DNA of 64,000 bases from a candidate division FCPU426 bacterium (GCA_963847625.1 CAWKAR010000026.1:32001-96000); one strand, 5' to 3'. Positions 1 through 10,825 are shown, counted from the stretch's first letter. Notes: generated by a model from the sequence alone, not told the origin. Numbers and translations: made by a program.

Positions 1-58
1 CGTTCAATAGCTTTCCATCGCCCATAGGGACCTTCAGGAATTTGGCCAGTAGTTTCAA
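1..58 (-). CDS. Probable 5' end of ribonuclease III (runs off window edge)
   Basis: Open frame (L)KLLAKFLKVPMGDGKLLN... directly after fabF. fabF-rnc order is common, but only about 19 codons are visible and the start is uncertain. Confidence 0.4.
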   Translation of the reverse strand, partial: MKLLAKFLKVPMGDGKLLN

Positions 59-116
59 TTGGGCCGTGCGGTTTTTATCCTGGACTGGGAAAGCCGGGAA
101 GGATGCGGCCTTTTTT

Positions 117-1361
117 TTAGGAATTAAACTTTTTAACAACGAGAGAGACATTGTGGCCGCCAAATCCGAGTGAATTGGAAAGACAAACCTTGACTGGTTG
201 GATGCGTTTCTGGTTGGGGATGTAATCCAAATCGCAATCCGGATCCGGCGTATCGAGGTTGATGGTGGGCGGCAATACCCCTTCCTGGATGGCCAAGACG
301 CAGGCGATAAATTCGATGCCCCCAGCCGCCCCTAAAAGATGTCCGGTGGTGGACTTGGTGGAGGATATTGCCACCTGGTAGGCCCGATCCTTGAAAACGG
401 TTTTAATCGCCATGGTTTCAAACTTGTCGTTATAAAGCGTGGAGGTCCCATGGGCGTTGATGTAATCCACGTCGCCGGGTCCCAATTGGGCATCCCTGAG
501 GGCCAGTTCCATTGACCTGGCGGCCCCTTCCCCGTTTTCCGCAGGGGTGGTCATATGGTAAGCGTCGCTGGTCATACCGTAACCGGCTGATTCCCCGTAA
601 ATGCGCGCCCCCCGCGCTTGGGCGTGTTCCAATGATTCCAAAACGACAATCCCCGCCCCTTCACCCATCACAAACCCGGAGCGATTCTTGTCGAAAGGCC
701 GGCTGGCCTTGGTGGGATGGTCGTTGCCATCCAGGCAAAGGGCGTTCATATTGGAAAAACCCGCGTAACCCAGTTCCGTGATGCAGGCTTCCGTCCCGCC
801 GGCGATCACCACGTCCGCGTCCCCCTTCTGGATCCAACGCATGGCCTCGCCGATGGCGTGGGCTCCGGAAGCGCAGGCGGAAACAGTCGCAGTGTTCGGC
901 CCCTGGGCCTGGAGATAGATGGAAACCATTCCCGGCGCCATGTTGATGATCATCATTGGTATCAGGAACGGGGATACTCTTTCCGGTCCCTTTTTCATCA
1001 AACGGGCGTGCTGTTCCACGAGAACGGGCAGGCCGCCGATGCCCGAGCCGATGAGAACCCCCACCCGGGCCTTGTCTTCCCGGTTCATGTCCAGTTTTGC
1101 GTCGGTCACGGCCTGGAGGCTCGCCGCCACTGCGAACTGGACGAAGAAGTCCATTTTTTTGATGTCTTTTTTCTGGATTCCAAACTGGACAGGATCGAAC
1201 CCCTTGACCTCGCCCCCGATCCGGCAGGGCAGCCGGGAGGGGTCAAAACGCGTGACCAAACCGATTCCGCTTCGGCCCTCGCATAGGCCCTTAAAAAAAT
1301 CGGTTGGATTATTTCCAACCGGGGTAATGGCGCCCAAGCCGGTGACGACGACCCGTTTCAA
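117..1361 (-). CDS. fabF: Beta-ketoacyl-ACP synthase II
   Basis: [11 protein letters not shown]-terminus, SACASG active-site Cys, [26 protein letters not shown] start at 1361 with GGGAGG RBS. Confidence 0.97.
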   Translation of the reverse strand: MKRVVVTGLGAITPVGNNPTDFFKGLCEGRSGIGLVTRFDPSRLPCRIGGEVKGFDPVQFGIQKKDIKKMDFFVQFAVAASLQAVTDAKLDMNREDKARVGVLIGSGIGGLPVLVEQHARLMKKGPERVSPFLIPMMIINMAPGMVSIYLQAQGPNTATVSACASGAHAIGEAMRWIQKGDADVVIAGGTEACITELGYAGFSNMNALCLDGNDHPTKASRPFDKNRSGFVMGEGAGIVVLESLEHAQARGARIYGESAGYGMTSDAYHMTTPAENGEGAARSMELALRDAQLGPGDVDYINAHGTSTLYNDKFETMAIKTVFKDRAYQVAISSTKSTTGHLLGAAGGIEFIACVLAIQEGVLPPTINLDTPDPDCDLDYIPNQKRIQPVKVCLSNSLGFGGHNVSLVVKKFNS

Positions 1362-1392
1362 AAGATCCTCCCGTGATTTTGAATCAAAAACC

Positions 1393-1629
1393 TTATTCCG
1401 ACGCCTTGGATTTGATGAAATTGATGGCGTCGCCGACGGTTTTGATTTTTTCGGCTTCCTCATCCGGGATTTCCAGGTCGAATTCCTCCTCGAAGGCCAT
1501 GACTAATTCCACTGTGTCCAGAGAGTCGGCCCCTAAATCGTCGATAAAGGAAGCCTCGGGTTTAACCTGCTCCGCCTCGACACCCAGTTGATCGACTATG
1601 ATTTCCTTCACCTTGTCTTCAATAGCCAT
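1393..1629 (-). CDS. acpP: Acyl carrier protein
   Basis: [14 protein letters not shown] phosphopantetheine motif; lies in the fab operon. Confidence 0.98.
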   Translation of the reverse strand: MAIEDKVKEIIVDQLGVEAEQVKPEASFIDDLGADSLDTVELVMAFEEEFDLEIPDEEAEKIKTVGDAINFIKSKASE

Positions 1630-1704
1630 TTTCTCTATCCTCCATAAAATTAAACTTCTTTTTCCAGCGGCTGACTCTTCAACTACCGGAGCAAAGGCAA
1701 ACCC

Positions 1705-2442
1705 TTATATCACCATTCCCCCGTCAACGCAAATGACTTGTCCCGTTATATAGCGGGATTCCTCCGACGCTAAAAACAAGGCCAGATTGGCAATATCGCT
1801 TGTCTCCCCCAAAAAGCCGAGGGGAATCGCCTTTAACAATTCATCCTTGGCTTTGTCCGGAAGGGCCTTGGTCATGTCGGTCTGGATGAACCCGGGCGCG
1901 ATGGCGTTGCAATTGATATTCCGGCTGGCAAACTCCCGGGCCGTGGTCTTGGTCAGGCCGATGATTCCCGCCTTGCTGGCGGCGTAATTGGCCTGGCCCG
2001 CGTTCCCCCGAATCCCGATGATGGAGGCGATATTGATAATTTTTCCCTGGCGGGCCTTCATCATCGGCTTCACGAAGGCCCGGGTCGCCAAAAAGGTGCC
2101 CTTGAGGTTGACGGCGATCACGTCGTCCCAATCTTGATCGCTCATTCGGACAAGCAGGTTGTCCTTGGTGATGCCGGCGTTGTTGACCAGGATATCGACC
2201 TTCCCGAAGGTTTCCATTACTTTTTCCGCGAAACCCTCCAGCTCATCCGACTTGGTGACGTTGACCGTGACCGTGAGCGTTTTGGCCCCGAGCTGTTCAA
2301 TTTCCCGGGCGGTCTCCGGCATGGTCGTCTCAATGCCCCCGAGGGCGATCGAAGCCCCGTTCCTTGCCATTTCCATGGCGATGGCCTTCCCGATACCTCT
2401 TCCCCCGCCCGTAATGACGGCGACTTTGTCTTTGAGTTTCAT
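1705..2442 (-). CDS. fabG: 3-oxoacyl-ACP reductase
   Basis: TGGGRGIG, NNAGITKD, YAASK; start MKLKDK overlaps the fabD stop. Confidence 0.96.
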   Translation of the reverse strand: MKLKDKVAVITGGGRGIGKAIAMEMARNGASIALGGIETTMPETAREIEQLGAKTLTVTVNVTKSDELEGFAEKVMETFGKVDILVNNAGITKDNLLVRMSDQDWDDVIAVNLKGTFLATRAFVKPMMKARQGKIINIASIIGIRGNAGQANYAASKAGIIGLTKTTAREFASRNINCNAIAPGFIQTDMTKALPDKAKDELLKAIPLGFLGETSDIANLALFLASEESRYITGQVICVDGGMVI

Positions 2443-3374
2443 GCTCCCCCTCCCAATGCGTGAATGGTTGCAACGTTTCCGGCGTTCTGGATGGAAGCGC
2501 CCACGACGATTTTCCGGATTAATCCGCCGAGGACCTGCCCCGGCCCCACCTCGACGAATCGGTTGAAACCGTCCCGCGACATCGCCGCGATAGTCTTGAC
2601 CCACTGGACAGGCGCGGTCAACTGCCGCACCAGGCTTTCGCGGATCCTGTCCGGGTCCTCCAGGACCGCGGCGTCGATATCCGAGTAGTAAGCAGCCTTC
2701 GGCCTGGAAAAGTCAACCCGATGGATTAAATCGCGGAAAACCCCGGCCGCGGGTCCCATCAGGCTGCTATGAAACGGCCCGCTGACCGCTAATTCCATGG
2801 CCCGCTTGGCGCCTAAGGCTTTGGCTCTCGCGCAGGCATCCAGGACCGCAGTTTTTTCGCCAGAAATGACGATTTGACCCGGGCTGTTGACGTTGGCGGC
2901 TTCCACCACTCCCAAGCAGGACGCTTCCCGGCAGGCTTGCCGGACTTTTTCCTCGTCCAGACCCAGCACGGCCGCCATGGTTCCCTTGCCTTGGCCCGTG
3001 GCTTCCATCAGCTCGCCGCGCCTGCGGACCAAGCGGACACCATCCTCGAATGACAGGGATTCGGCCGCCACCAAGGCGCTATAGGCGCCCAGGCTGTGTC
3101 CCGCCACCGCGTGAAAAGGAAAACCGTTATCCCTCATCAGTGAGAAAGCCGCCAGGGAGACCACCAGGATGGCCGGCTGGGTGATGGCGGTTTTTTTCAA
3201 CTCCTCCGCCGGCCCCTCAAAGCAATTCTTGGAAAGGCTGAATCCCAGGATGGAATCCGCTTTTTCAAAGAGGCTCCTGATGGCGGGATAAGCTTCATAT
3301 AAATCCTTCCCCATTCCGACAGATTGGGATCCCTGGCCCGGAAAAACCAAGGCGGTTTTATTCGATGCTACCAT
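2439..3374 (-). CDS. fabD: Malonyl-CoA:ACP transacylase
   Basis: FPGQGSQ, TQPA, GHSLG, VSGPFHS, EVGPG motifs. Confidence 0.97.
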   Translation of the reverse strand: MVASNKTALVFPGQGSQSVGMGKDLYEAYPAIRSLFEKADSILGFSLSKNCFEGPAEELKKTAITQPAILVVSLAAFSLMRDNGFPFHAVAGHSLGAYSALVAAESLSFEDGVRLVRRRGELMEATGQGKGTMAAVLGLDEEKVRQACREASCLGVVEAANVNSPGQIVISGEKTAVLDACARAKALGAKRAMELAVSGPFHSSLMGPAAGVFRDLIHRVDFSRPKAAYYSDIDAAVLEDPDRIRESLVRQLTAPVQWVKTIAAMSRDGFNRFVEVGPGQVLGGLIRKIVVGASIQNAGNVATIHALGGGA

Positions 3375-4360
3375 TTCAACACCGAGGAGGCCAGGGTCAG
3401 GCCGCCACCAAAAGCCACCAGGGCGATATATTCGCCCTTTTTAATCCTCCCTTTTTTCAAGGCCTCATCCAAGGCGATGCCGATGGAGGCGGATGAAACA
3501 TTGCCCACCCGGTCGATGTTGATGAACATTTTTTCCGGTGGCAGGCCCAGATGTTCAGCGGTGGCCACCATAATCCGGCTGTTGGCCTGGTGCGGGATGA
3601 CCAGGGAAATCTGTTCCATTTTCACCTGGGCCCGCTTGGCGGCCTCCAGGGTCGCCTCCGTCATGAGGCGGACGGCGATCTTGAAAACTTCCCTTCCGGC
3701 CATTTTCAGATAGTGAAACCTTTGATCTAAGGTTTCCGGGGTCGGGGGGAACTTGGAACCGCCGCCGGGGATGGACAAGAGTTCAGCCTGGCTTCCGTTG
3801 GCGGCGAGATAGGTCGAAAGGATTTCATGCTCCCCTTCCGGCACTTCCCCGAGGATGGCGGCGCCAGCCCCGTCCCCGAATAAAACGCAGGTGGAACGGT
3901 CCTTCCAATCCGTGAATGCGGTGAGTTTTTCGGCCCCGACCAGGAGAATGCGCCGGTAGGTGCCGGATTCAACAAAGCTTTTGGCGATCGTTAGGCCGTA
4001 GATAAAGCCGGAGCAGGCCGCGGAAATGTCGAAGGCCGCCGCCTGGAAGGCGCCGAGCTTGTTTTGTACGAAGCAGGAAGCGGCCGGCGTCGGCATGTCG
4101 GGGGTGATGGTGGCCACCAAAATAAGGTCCAGGTCCGTGGCCTGGAGCCCGGCGTCCGCCAGGGCTTTGAGGGCAGCCCCGGTGGCCATGTCTGAGGTGG
4201 TCTGCCCGGCGGCGGCGATATGGCGTTCGCGGATTCCGGTCCGGGTCACGATCCACTCGTCGGAAGTATCCACCATTTTTTCCAGGTCGTGGTTGGTCAG
4301 CACCTTTTCCGGCAGGTAGGAACCCGTTCCCAGGATCCCGCATCGGATTTTATTGTTCAC
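3368..4360 (-). CDS. fabH: Beta-ketoacyl-ACP synthase III
   Basis: DTSDEWIVTRTGI, AACSGF, PHQAN, GNVSSAS, FGGGLT. Confidence 0.97.
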   Translation of the reverse strand: MNNKIRCGILGTGSYLPEKVLTNHDLEKMVDTSDEWIVTRTGIRERHIAAAGQTTSDMATGAALKALADAGLQATDLDLILVATITPDMPTPAASCFVQNKLGAFQAAAFDISAACSGFIYGLTIAKSFVESGTYRRILLVGAEKLTAFTDWKDRSTCVLFGDGAGAAILGEVPEGEHEILSTYLAANGSQAELLSIPGGGSKFPPTPETLDQRFHYLKMAGREVFKIAVRLMTEATLEAAKRAQVKMEQISLVIPHQANSRIMVATAEHLGLPPEKMFINIDRVGNVSSASIGIALDEALKKGRIKKGEYIALVAFGGGLTLASSVLKW

Positions 4361-5424
4361 TTGGCCTCCCCGTTTTGGGGTTTGGATTCGATTTTGTCGG
4401 CGACTTGGCCGTATTGGGTAATCTTATCCTTGAGCAATTTGTTCATATTCCCCTTCACGCCCCGCATAGTGGCCTTCACCGCGTTTTTAACGGCCAAGGC
4501 GTTTGATTTGCCGTGGCAAATCAGGCTGAAGCCGTCAATTCCCAGCAGGGGAGCGCCCCCGTATTCCTTGTAATCGATGCTTCGTTTGAACCTCCGGAAA
4601 GCCGGACCAGCCAGAATCCCTCCCAAGAGGGTGAAAAGGTTCGAATTCATCTCTTTTTTCAAGAGGTCATAAACCAGTTCCCCGACTCCCTCGATGGCCT
4701 TGAGGATTACGTTGCCGACGAAACCGTCGCAAACGGTCACGTCGCAGTTTCCGTTGACGATGTCCCGTCCCTCGACGTTCCCGATATAGTTGAGGGGGGT
4801 CTTTTTCAAGAGGGTCTGGGCCTCGAACACCAGCTCGTTTCCCTTGGTTTCCTCCTCGCCGATGGAAAGAAGGCCTACCCTCGGGTTCTTGAAGTTCAAG
4901 AGGGTCCGGGCGAAAACGTCGCCCATGAGCGCGAATTGGAGAAGGTGCTTGGCCTTGCAGTCTACATTAGCCCCCGCGTCGACCAAAACGCTGACTCCAT
5001 TCATGCTCGGTACCATCGTAACGATGGCGGGCCGGTAAACACCGTCAATCCTTCCGCAGGTCAACAGGGCCGACGCCATGGTGGCGCCGGAGTTTCCGGC
5101 CGAAATGCAGGCATCCGCTTCCTTCCGCTTCACCAGTTCCGAACAGCGCACGATGGAGGAATCCCTTTTCTGTTTGCAAGCCTGGGCCGGGCTCTCCCCC
5201 ATTTCCACGATTTCCCGGGCATCCACGAGGGTGAGGCCGTGAGGCGAGGAACCCCCATGCCGTGAAATTTCTTTTTGAATGTCTTCCTTGCGGCCAACCA
5301 GGAGTATTTCGAGGTCTTGTCCGGCTATTTTCTGGGTTTCGGGATCCTGGAGGGCCAAGACGGCGCCCTGGACGGTTTCCCGGGGGGCCAAATCACCGCC
5401 CATCGCGTCGATAGCGATTTTCAT
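4357..5424 (-). CDS. plsX: Phosphate acyltransferase PlsX
   Basis: IAIDAMGGD, SAGNSGA, DAGANVD, DGFVGN, GGAPLLG, HGKS. Confidence 0.97.
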   Translation of the reverse strand: MKIAIDAMGGDLAPRETVQGAVLALQDPETQKIAGQDLEILLVGRKEDIQKEISRHGGSSPHGLTLVDAREIVEMGESPAQACKQKRDSSIVRCSELVKRKEADACISAGNSGATMASALLTCGRIDGVYRPAIVTMVPSMNGVSVLVDAGANVDCKAKHLLQFALMGDVFARTLLNFKNPRVGLLSIGEEETKGNELVFEAQTLLKKTPLNYIGNVEGRDIVNGNCDVTVCDGFVGNVILKAIEGVGELVYDLLKKEMNSNLFTLLGGILAGPAFRRFKRSIDYKEYGGAPLLGIDGFSLICHGKSNALAVKNAVKATMRGVKGNMNKLLKDKITQYGQVADKIESKPQNGEAK

Positions 5425-5436
5425 ATCGGAGGATTT

Positions 5437-5619
5437 TTAAGCGATTTCAACGCTGATAACTTCTTTGCCCTTGTAAAAACCGCAGGTGGGACAGACGCGG
5501 TGGGGCAGTTTCGCGCTTTTACATTGGGGGCAAACCGAGAGGGACTTGCTCTTGATTTTCCAGTTGGTCCGGCGCTTGTCCCGGCGCTGGCGGGAATGTC
5601 GTCGTTTAGGATTAGCCAT
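5437..5619 (-). CDS. rpmF: 50S ribosomal protein L32 (Zn-binding type)
   Basis: MANPKRRHS...CPQC...PHRVCPTCGFY; GGAGG RBS upstream. Confidence 0.97.
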   Translation of the reverse strand: MANPKRRHSRQRRDKRRTNWKIKSKSLSVCPQCKSAKLPHRVCPTCGFYKGKEVISVEIA

Positions 5620-5691
5620 GATAACCTCCAAATTTAAAACCGGATGGGCCGGGATCCCCAGCCTTCGAATCCGCTTATTCCGATGATAACC

Positions 5692-6216
5692 TCAAAAGGG
5701 TTTCCAATTCCGCAAGGTATCCCACCGCGAATCGGATGGGGACTCCGCGCACCCGCAGGAATCAACATTTCTATCGCAACCGCACTTCGGGCAAAGGCCC
5801 CGGCAGTCCTCCCTGCAGAGAACCCGCATGGGGATCGAAAGCAGGATCGTCTGCCGGATTTCATCGGCAAAGTCCAGGACGTCGCCCTCGAAAAAAACGG
5901 TTTCGACCTCGTCCGGGCCCTCAAAAACCTCACCCGCCTGGTGTTGAAAGTCGCTCCGGTGGCGGTAATGGATTTCAAAAAAAGACTTAAAAAAATTCTC
6001 GAATTTCTTAAGGCACCGGTCGCATTCCAAAAACATCCCGCCCGAAACCCAACCTTTGGCTGAAATCACGTCCCCGTTCTTGGAAACCTCGCAATGGATT
6101 TCCAGGGGGCCTGACTTCAAATCGGGAGATAATTGGATCCCCAGGGCTTCGGCCGGAGCTTTTTCCTCAAGAACGAGGTCTTTCCGTTCGAGAGAGCGCA
6201 ACTCCACCTTCAGCAT
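5692..6216 (-). CDS. yceD: DUF177/YceD family protein
   Basis: CDRCL, PMRVLCREDCRGLCPKCG, DSRW motifs; sits upstream of rpmF. Confidence 0.92.
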   Translation of the reverse strand: MLKVELRSLERKDLVLEEKAPAEALGIQLSPDLKSGPLEIHCEVSKNGDVISAKGWVSGGMFLECDRCLKKFENFFKSFFEIHYRHRSDFQHQAGEVFEGPDEVETVFFEGDVLDFADEIRQTILLSIPMRVLCREDCRGLCPKCGCDRNVDSCGCAESPSDSRWDTLRNWKPF

Positions 6217-6382
6217 CTCTGCGCCTCCCCTTCCCTAAAAAACGTCATCCTCGCTTCCGCTTTCCAACAACCGGGCTTTAAAACCAAAATCCCGTTGAAA
6301 AAGGAATTTGAGGTCAACGAAGGATAAGAAAACTCATCTTATCTTTTCAAGGATAAAATAAGTAAAAAAAGAAGCCGCGCCG

Positions 6383-6412
6383 ATTATAGGAATCCCCGAC
6401 TTTCAGTGTCAA
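6383..6412 (-). promoter_or_regulatory. Sigma70-type promoter for the yceD-rpmF-plsX-fab operon
   Basis: Minus strand reads TTGACA-N18-TATAAT (perfect hexamers), about 165 nt upstream of yceD. Confidence 0.8.
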
Positions 6413-6704
6413 GAAAATACCCGGTTTTTCCAGGCTTCCCCTCTATTTTTCTATCTGTTGTTGCAAAATGTTATTTGTGAAACTATTCGCTTTCATCCGG
6501 GAACTGAAAAAACCACTTATATGGAGTTGAAATTTTTAAATGATGTTTTATCGCGAAGGTTTGTAATGCGGAAAAACAAAAAACATCCCCTCGACGCGGC
6601 CTGGCATGCTGAAAACGAACAGGAATTTGATCTTTCCGAGATGTCCGGGAAAGCCGGCTTCTTCGATTAAAATATTTTCGCCATTATGAATGACAACAAA
6701 ATAT

Positions 6705-7193
6705 TCAAGGGCCGTATATCTTCCGCAATCCCTTTTCCACCACGGCGGGGACGAATCCCTTCACATTCCCGCCCAAACACGCGACTTCCTTGATGGCGCT
6801 GGAGGAAAGAAAGATGAATTTCTCGTTCGGAACCAGGAAAACCACCTCGATGTCGGATAAAAGGCTCCGATTGATAAGCGCCATTTGGAACTCATGCTCG
6901 AAATCAGAGACGGCCCGCAAGCCCCGAAAAATGATGTTGGCTTTGATTTGGCGGGCGTAATCCACCAGGAGCCCGTTGAAGGAGGAAATGATGACGCGGG
7001 GCAGGTGGCGGGTTGTTTCTTTTAGGAAACGCATCCTATCCTCCACCGGGAAAAGGACCGTTTTTGCCGGATTAGCCACCACCGAAACATAGAGTTCATC
7101 GCACAGCTCAAAGGCCCTGCCGGCGATGTCCAAGTGGCCGAATGTGACGGGATCGAAGGATCCGGGGTAGAGTCCGATGGTCTTTTTTCCCAC
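6705..7193 (-). CDS. coaD: Phosphopantetheine adenylyltransferase
   Basis: YPGSFDPVTFGHLD, RGLRAVSDFEHE, SSSAIKE. Confidence 0.97.
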   Translation of the reverse strand: MGKKTIGLYPGSFDPVTFGHLDIAGRAFELCDELYVSVVANPAKTVLFPVEDRMRFLKETTRHLPRVIISSFNGLLVDYARQIKANIIFRGLRAVSDFEHEFQMALINRSLLSDIEVVFLVPNEKFIFLSSSAIKEVACLGGNVKGFVPAVVEKGLRKIYGP

Positions 7194-7213
7194 TGTGTCT
7201 TTCCTTTCCGGGT

Positions 7214-7804
7214 TTAAACGGTTTCGGGCGGCTGGGCCGCCCCGGGATTCTTAAAAAGGCTCAATAACGTATCCCCGTATTTCTTCTGGCGCACCAGGGG
7301 ATAAGGGAAATCCAGGGCCAGTTCAGTATCCTTGGCGCCATGCTCAATAGCAAGGATCCCCCCTTCCCGGAGGATGGGATACTGCATAAGCAGGTGTTGG
7401 ATGCGTTTGAAAATCCCGACTTCATAGGGCGGATCGGCTATTAGAATATCAAATTTCCTTCCCTCTTGATGGAACAAATAAAAAGCTCTTGAAACCTCAG
7501 CCGGCAAAATACGGATGTTGTTTTGCCGGTCCTTCGGGTTGATTCCAAGGCCCTGGAGATTTTCCCGGATGAGTTTCAGGCTTTCGAAAGCCTTCTCCAC
7601 GAACACCACTTCCAAGGCCCCCCGGCTGATGGCCTCGAGGCCCAAATTCCCCGTGCCGGAATAAAAGTCGACCACCGTACAGCCCGCCAGGGGCTCCAAC
7701 ATATTGAACAAGGCGCCTTTCACCTTGTCCCCCGTTGGCCTGATTTTCATGTTCTTGGGGGCCTTCACCGTCCGGCTTTTATATTTTCCCGCGATGATGC
7801 GCAT
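7214..7804 (-). CDS. rsmD: 16S rRNA m2G966 methyltransferase
   Basis: MRIIAG, RPTGDKVK, SGTGNLGLEAISRGA, DPPY; adjacent to coaD. Confidence 0.95.
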   Translation of the reverse strand: MRIIAGKYKSRTVKAPKNMKIRPTGDKVKGALFNMLEPLAGCTVVDFYSGTGNLGLEAISRGALEVVFVEKAFESLKLIRENLQGLGINPKDRQNNIRILPAEVSRAFYLFHQEGRKFDILIADPPYEVGIFKRIQHLLMQYPILREGGILAIEHGAKDTELALDFPYPLVRQKKYGDTLLSLFKNPGAAQPPETV

Positions 7805-7942
7805 GTAAATTCCTTCAACCAGGATCCCTGCAGCTTCTGGACTAGACCGTCCATCCCGGATCAATCCCATCCGTTTGAAATAAGGGTTGAATCAGTAATT
7901 CAGAGATTATGTTTTTTTGCCCACCCGGAACCGGGCCGGAAA

Positions 7943-9913
7943 TTACTCGGGCCCTTTCTCTACCACCTTGGCCCGAAAGGGTGAAACGGGAAGGCCGTTT
8001 TTACCGATCAGGTTACAAATGGGATTATCCCCCCATGCGTATCGGACGGCTTTCGGTTCGGCAATACCATCGTTCCAGACAATCACGGTATCGTTCTGGA
8101 TCTCGCCCTTTGCCCATTGGAATTTGCCGTCCGCACCCGCCAGGGCGAAACCCTTGACGGATCCGCCTCCGCTTAATTTCAATCCATCTTCGGCGTTCTT
8201 GAAACACACGCGGATTTTTTTTCCTTCCACGGCCGCGGAATCGTAAAGCGGGCTTAATAACGGGCCGCTCACGCCGTAGGCCGTATGCAGGGCGGCCAAG
8301 GCCATCCGGTATCCCACGTCGGTTTTATTTCTTGGGTGAATGTCATTGGCCTCGCCCAGATCGATGAGCACGGCCATTCCCGTGTTCGGAACCGCGAGCG
8401 TCATAAACTGTTGTTCCCTCAACTCGGCCCAATGGCTGTCTTCGGGTTGTGGCTTGACCGCCATAAAGTTTGGCAGCTGCGCGAAAATAAAGGGCAACTC
8501 CGGTTCGTTCCAGGCCTCCCTCCAGCCCTTGATCATGGACGCCAGGAGAGGATGGTATTCTTTCGCCCGGCCGGTGTTCTGCTCGCCCTGGTACCAAATC
8601 ACCCCCCGGATGGCAAAAGGAACGAAGGGGTGGATCATCGCGTTATAAAGCTGGGCCGGAATTTCCACCATGGGTTGGGGGTCGATCCCGAAGAACAGGT
8701 TCTGGATGGAACCGGGTGTGAAGAGGCGGGGTTTCCCCCATCCCGATTGTTTCAACGAATAAAAGGGGATGCGATAAGGCTTCCATTTTTCCCCGGTGCT
8801 GAAAGCCGCCGTCCTGTAGTTATCCCAATCCGTTATAGAGGGCTGGGAAAGGAAAAGAATGTATTTGCCCTTGCCTTTTCCGTAAAACTCGATGGCCTCG
8901 AAATCCGAAAGGTTGACGGGTTTCCCATCCGTCCCCAAGGGCGTAGTCACCCATCCCCAAGCGTCGGGCAGGAGTCGCCCCGTCATGTGCCCCAGCGGCC
9001 CGGGCGCGGGTCCTTCCCGATTTACCGATGAAATATTGATATTGGAGCCGTCCTTGATGCCGGCGGACCAGACCCCCGGGATGTTTTTATCCTGGGGCCC
9101 GGAGGCAGCCGCGTCGAACCGCACGGTCATGGGTGTTTGGGAAGAATCCCGGGGCAAAAAGCGCAGTCCCGAGACCCAGAAATCCGCCTTGAAACCGCCT
9201 TCGTCCCATATCTTTCTTTCCCAAATGGGTTTTTCGGTCCACCTTTCCCACGCGTGTTGGCAAGCGGGGTCCTGCCGCAGGATGCTTTCTGGAATCCAGC
9301 TCTCGATAAAGGTGCCCCCCCAGCAGCTCTCGATGAGGCCCACGGGCACATCCAGTTTTTTCCGAAGATTGAGGCCGAAGTGGTAAGCCACGGCGGAGAA
9401 ATCCCTCACGGTTTCGGGAGTGCAAACCCTCCACTCGCCCTGGGGAGTATCCAGGGGTTTGGGCGATGTGAGAAGCTTTTGCTTGAACAGACGGATTTTG
9501 GAATCCGTGGCCTTGGGTAGGGTCTTGGCGGCATCATGGGTGAGGAACATCGGGAATTCCATGTTGGACTGTCCGGACCCGACCCAAACCTCGCCCACTA
9601 AAACATCCTCGATTTCCACTGACGAGGATCCCTGGATCGACATCTCATAAGGCCCGCCGGCCTGGAGGGGCATTAATTCGATTTTCCACTGTCCCTGCGC
9701 ATCGGCTTCACCGGAAGCGGATTCGCCGGCCATGGAAACCACGACCGTTTGTCCGGGCTGGTCCTTTCCCCAAACCGCGGCGGGTTTCCCGGCCTGGATC
9801 ACCATATGGTCCCCGATCAGGGAAGGCAATTCTAAAGCCGCCCAGGAAGGCGCCGTGATGGCGCATAAAACAGTGGTTTTCAGCCCGGCTGAAAAATATT
9901 TTCGAAGGCCCAT
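7943..9913 (-). CDS. Secreted sialate O-acetylesterase-like (SASA/SGNH) protein with inserted CIA30/CBM11-like domain
   Basis: Signal peptide, GEVWVGSGQSNME, GVIWYQGEQN, DIHPRNK, VRYAW. Central insert contains NLSDFEAIEFYGKG...WKPYRIPFYSLKQSGWG. Confidence 0.85.
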   Translation of the reverse strand: MGLRKYFSAGLKTTVLCAITAPSWAALELPSLIGDHMVIQAGKPAAVWGKDQPGQTVVVSMAGESASGEADAQGQWKIELMPLQAGGPYEMSIQGSSSVEIEDVLVGEVWVGSGQSNMEFPMFLTHDAAKTLPKATDSKIRLFKQKLLTSPKPLDTPQGEWRVCTPETVRDFSAVAYHFGLNLRKKLDVPVGLIESCWGGTFIESWIPESILRQDPACQHAWERWTEKPIWERKIWDEGGFKADFWVSGLRFLPRDSSQTPMTVRFDAAASGPQDKNIPGVWSAGIKDGSNINISSVNREGPAPGPLGHMTGRLLPDAWGWVTTPLGTDGKPVNLSDFEAIEFYGKGKGKYILFLSQPSITDWDNYRTAAFSTGEKWKPYRIPFYSLKQSGWGKPRLFTPGSIQNLFFGIDPQPMVEIPAQLYNAMIHPFVPFAIRGVIWYQGEQNTGRAKEYHPLLASMIKGWREAWNEPELPFIFAQLPNFMAVKPQPEDSHWAELREQQFMTLAVPNTGMAVLIDLGEANDIHPRNKTDVGYRMALAALHTAYGVSGPLLSPLYDSAAVEGKKIRVCFKNAEDGLKLSGGGSVKGFALAGADGKFQWAKGEIQNDTVIVWNDGIAEPKAVRYAWGDNPICNLIGKNGLPVSPFRAKVVEKGPE

Positions 9914-10048
9914 AACGGCTCCTTAAGAATTGTGGGAATGGCTCCCTGAGAGATCCAATCTACACAATTCGGAGGCGGTATTTCATGAAAAATAATAACA
10001 CGGGGGTCGTATTAGACGAAAACAAGTTGGGCTTTGGGGATCTACTCT

Positions 10049-10825
10049 TTATTTCACCAGCCGTTTAAACATGGACCGCCGGGCCACGATGACCATGACC
10101 ACCAGCCAAACCAAAAGAATCGGCACAGCCTGGGCTTGGAGCGGTAAATCCAATGCGAGGGACCGGACGATGGCGTTGACCGAGGTGAGAGGAAAGAACC
10201 ATGCTATTTTTTGAATGGCACTAGGCAGGCTCTCGATGGGATAAAAAACCCCGCAAAAGAGGAACATCGGGAAGATGAGCAAATATTGGGGATAGGAAAG
10301 CTCGTCGATGGTGCGGGAAAAACCCGCCGCCGCCAGACCCATGGCCGAGAAAAGGAAGGCGCTTAAGAAACAGACCGGTAAAAGCGTCAAAAGGCAAAGG
10401 GGATGGAAATCACCGGTCGCCACCCCGATGAGGCCCACCACCTCGGCCGCCACGGTGGCCTTGCTGGCGTCCCAAAGAAGTTCCCCCCAAAGCACCTCCG
10501 ACAAGGTAATGGGCGTGATGGCGATGGCCTGGAAAATTTTCTGGTAATACATGCGCACGAAAGCTCCGAAAGACCCTTCGAAAAAGCCCTGGAAAAGTAC
10601 GGTCTGGGCGATGATGCCGGAGAAAACGAAACTGCGGTAGGTGAGGTGCACCCCCTGCGTGGTGATGTTCCCGACGATGGCGCCCAGTCCGATGCCGAAG
10701 GAAAGCAGGTAGAAGATGGGCTCCAGGAAAGTGGTCAGCAGGTAATAAACCAGGCTCTTGATGAAAGCCGAATGGTACCTCTTCCAGACGCACCACACGC
10801 CCCAAAAGGTATCCGGAATTTTCAT
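10049..10825 (-). CDS. ABC-2 exporter permease (NodJ-like)
   Basis: FLEPIFYLLSFGIGLG, PMFLFCGVFYP, multiple TM segments; start overlaps the ATPase stop. Confidence 0.9.
   Translation of the reverse strand: MKIPDTFWGVWCVWKRYHSAFIKSLVYYLLTTFLEPIFYLLSFGIGLGAIVGNITTQGVHLTYRSFVFSGIIAQTVLFQGFFEGSFGAFVRMYYQKIFQAIAITPITLSEVLWGELLWDASKATVAAEVVGLIGVATGDFHPLCLLTLLPVCFLSAFLFSAMGLAAAGFSRTIDELSYPQYLLIFPMFLFCGVFYPIESLPSAIQKIAWFFPLTSVNAIVRSLALDLPLQAQAVPILLVWLVVMVIVARRSMFKRLVK

Noticed and set aside
6458..6670. Small plus-strand ORF between yceD and coaD
   Set aside because: No recognisable motif or clear RBS; cannot be supported from sequence alone.
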